The notes under the pieces were generated by a model. The model saw only the letters and a program-made list of their open reading frames with translations, was not told where the DNA came from and did no database searches. From assembly GCA_045653705.1 (NCBI GenBank), contig JAZOMG010000038.1, positions 44,994 through 108,993 of the forward strand: 64,000 nucleotides of DNA, in the 5' to 3' direction. This DNA comes from Eubacteriales bacterium (lineage in GTDB: Bacteria; Bacillota; Clostridia; Oscillospirales; CAG-272). Shown piece after piece: positions 63,437 through 64,000 of this stretch. Position numbers and translations under genes: made by a program. Each line of letters begins with the position of its first letter. The stretch's first letter is position 1.

Positions 63437-64000
63437 ATGTCTGTGAATCTGAATCTGAGAATCAAACAGCTCACCGACTACGCTCTGCGCAAAAAGCTTA
63501 TCTGCGAGGAGGACAGGGCATATATCATAAACAGTCTCCTGTCAGCCTTGAAAGCGGGAGAATACTGCGAGCCTGAGAGCGCCCCCGAGGCGTCTCTTGA
63601 GGAGATACTCTCCGACCTTTGTACACATGCGGCAGAGACGGGTATCATCGAGAGCGACAGCGTAGTATACCGCGACCTTTTCGATACAAAGCTTATGGGA
63701 ATCCTTATGCCCCGCCCCGGCGAGGTAATAAAGACCTTTTCGGCTCTTTACACCATCTCCCCCAAGGCGGCTACCGATTATTTCTACAAGCTCTGCCTTG
63801 ACAGCGATTACATACGCACCTACCGTGTATCAAAGGATATGAAATGGATATACAGCGGAAGCTACGGCGACCTTGATATTACCATAAACCTTTCAAAGCC
63901 CGAAAAAGACCCCCGCGCTATTGCGGCGGCAAAGCTGCTCCCCCCCTCAAGCTATCCCAAGTGTCTCCTTTGCCACGAAAACGAGGGCTTTGAGGGCAAC
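63437..64000 (+). CDS. galT: galactose-1-phosphate uridylyltransferase, type 2 (5' part; continues beyond window end)
   Basis: GGAGG then ATG at 63437. My translation MSVNLNLRIKQLTDYALRKKLI...INLSKPEKDP..IAAAK.....YPKCLLCHENEGF matches the Firmicute GalT N-terminus. Open to the window end. Confidence 0.8.
   Translation, partial: MSVNLNLRIKQLTDYALRKKLICEEDRAYIINSLLSALKAGEYCEPESAPEASLEEILSDLCTHAAETGIIESDSVVYRDLFDTKLMGILMPRPGEVIKTFSALYTISPKAATDYFYKLCLDSDYIRTYRVSKDMKWIYSGSYGDLDITINLSKPEKDPRAIAAAKLLPPSSYPKCLLCHENEGFEGN

Overview
This is a chromosomal segment from a spore-forming Firmicute, probably Clostridia (Oscillospiraceae/Ruminococcaceae-like by gene content). GC looks roughly 50% by eye. 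All calls come from reading the supplied translations and the DNA; no database search was possible. Self-derived coordinates (promoters, hairpins, repeats) may be off by 1-2 nt.

Most of the window is conserved housekeeping:
- Core functions: der, obg, ppa, murD, miaA, rny, lspA and rluD.
- The ylm division cluster: yggS, sepF, yggT and ylmH.
- PTS general components: ptsI and ptsH.
- Sporulation genes: the spoIIAA-spoIIAB-sigF operon, cotJABC and a SipL/DUF3794-like gene.

The less ordinary parts, which are also the best candidates for undescribed biology, are:
1. A promoter, a long hairpin of about 160 nt and an intrinsic terminator, placed directly upstream of a Cys-rich orphan small ORF just downstream of sigF (45233-45480).
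2. A four-gene operon pduL / SGNH hydrolase / NifU-like / GGGtGRT (1472-4426).
3. A fused double-DUF1538 membrane protein followed by a tandem P-II-like protein (41803-44067).
4. A translationally coupled PTS(EIIA-C-B) / MapP-like phosphatase / MalQ operon (6812-11342), facing a 751-aa orphan lipoprotein.
5. An orphan Wzz / BY-kinase / PHP-phosphatase module with no glycosyltransferases (14991-17479).
6. An AT-richer islet beside tRNA-Ser. It holds a duplicated tRNA 3' end and two paralogous XRE regulators, one broken by an in-frame TGA (28811-30935).
7. Families of nested palindromic elements of about 125-130 bp, and near-identical terminator hairpins, filling the long intergenic regions.

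I saw no CRISPR array, rRNA, transposase, integrase or recognisable defence genes.
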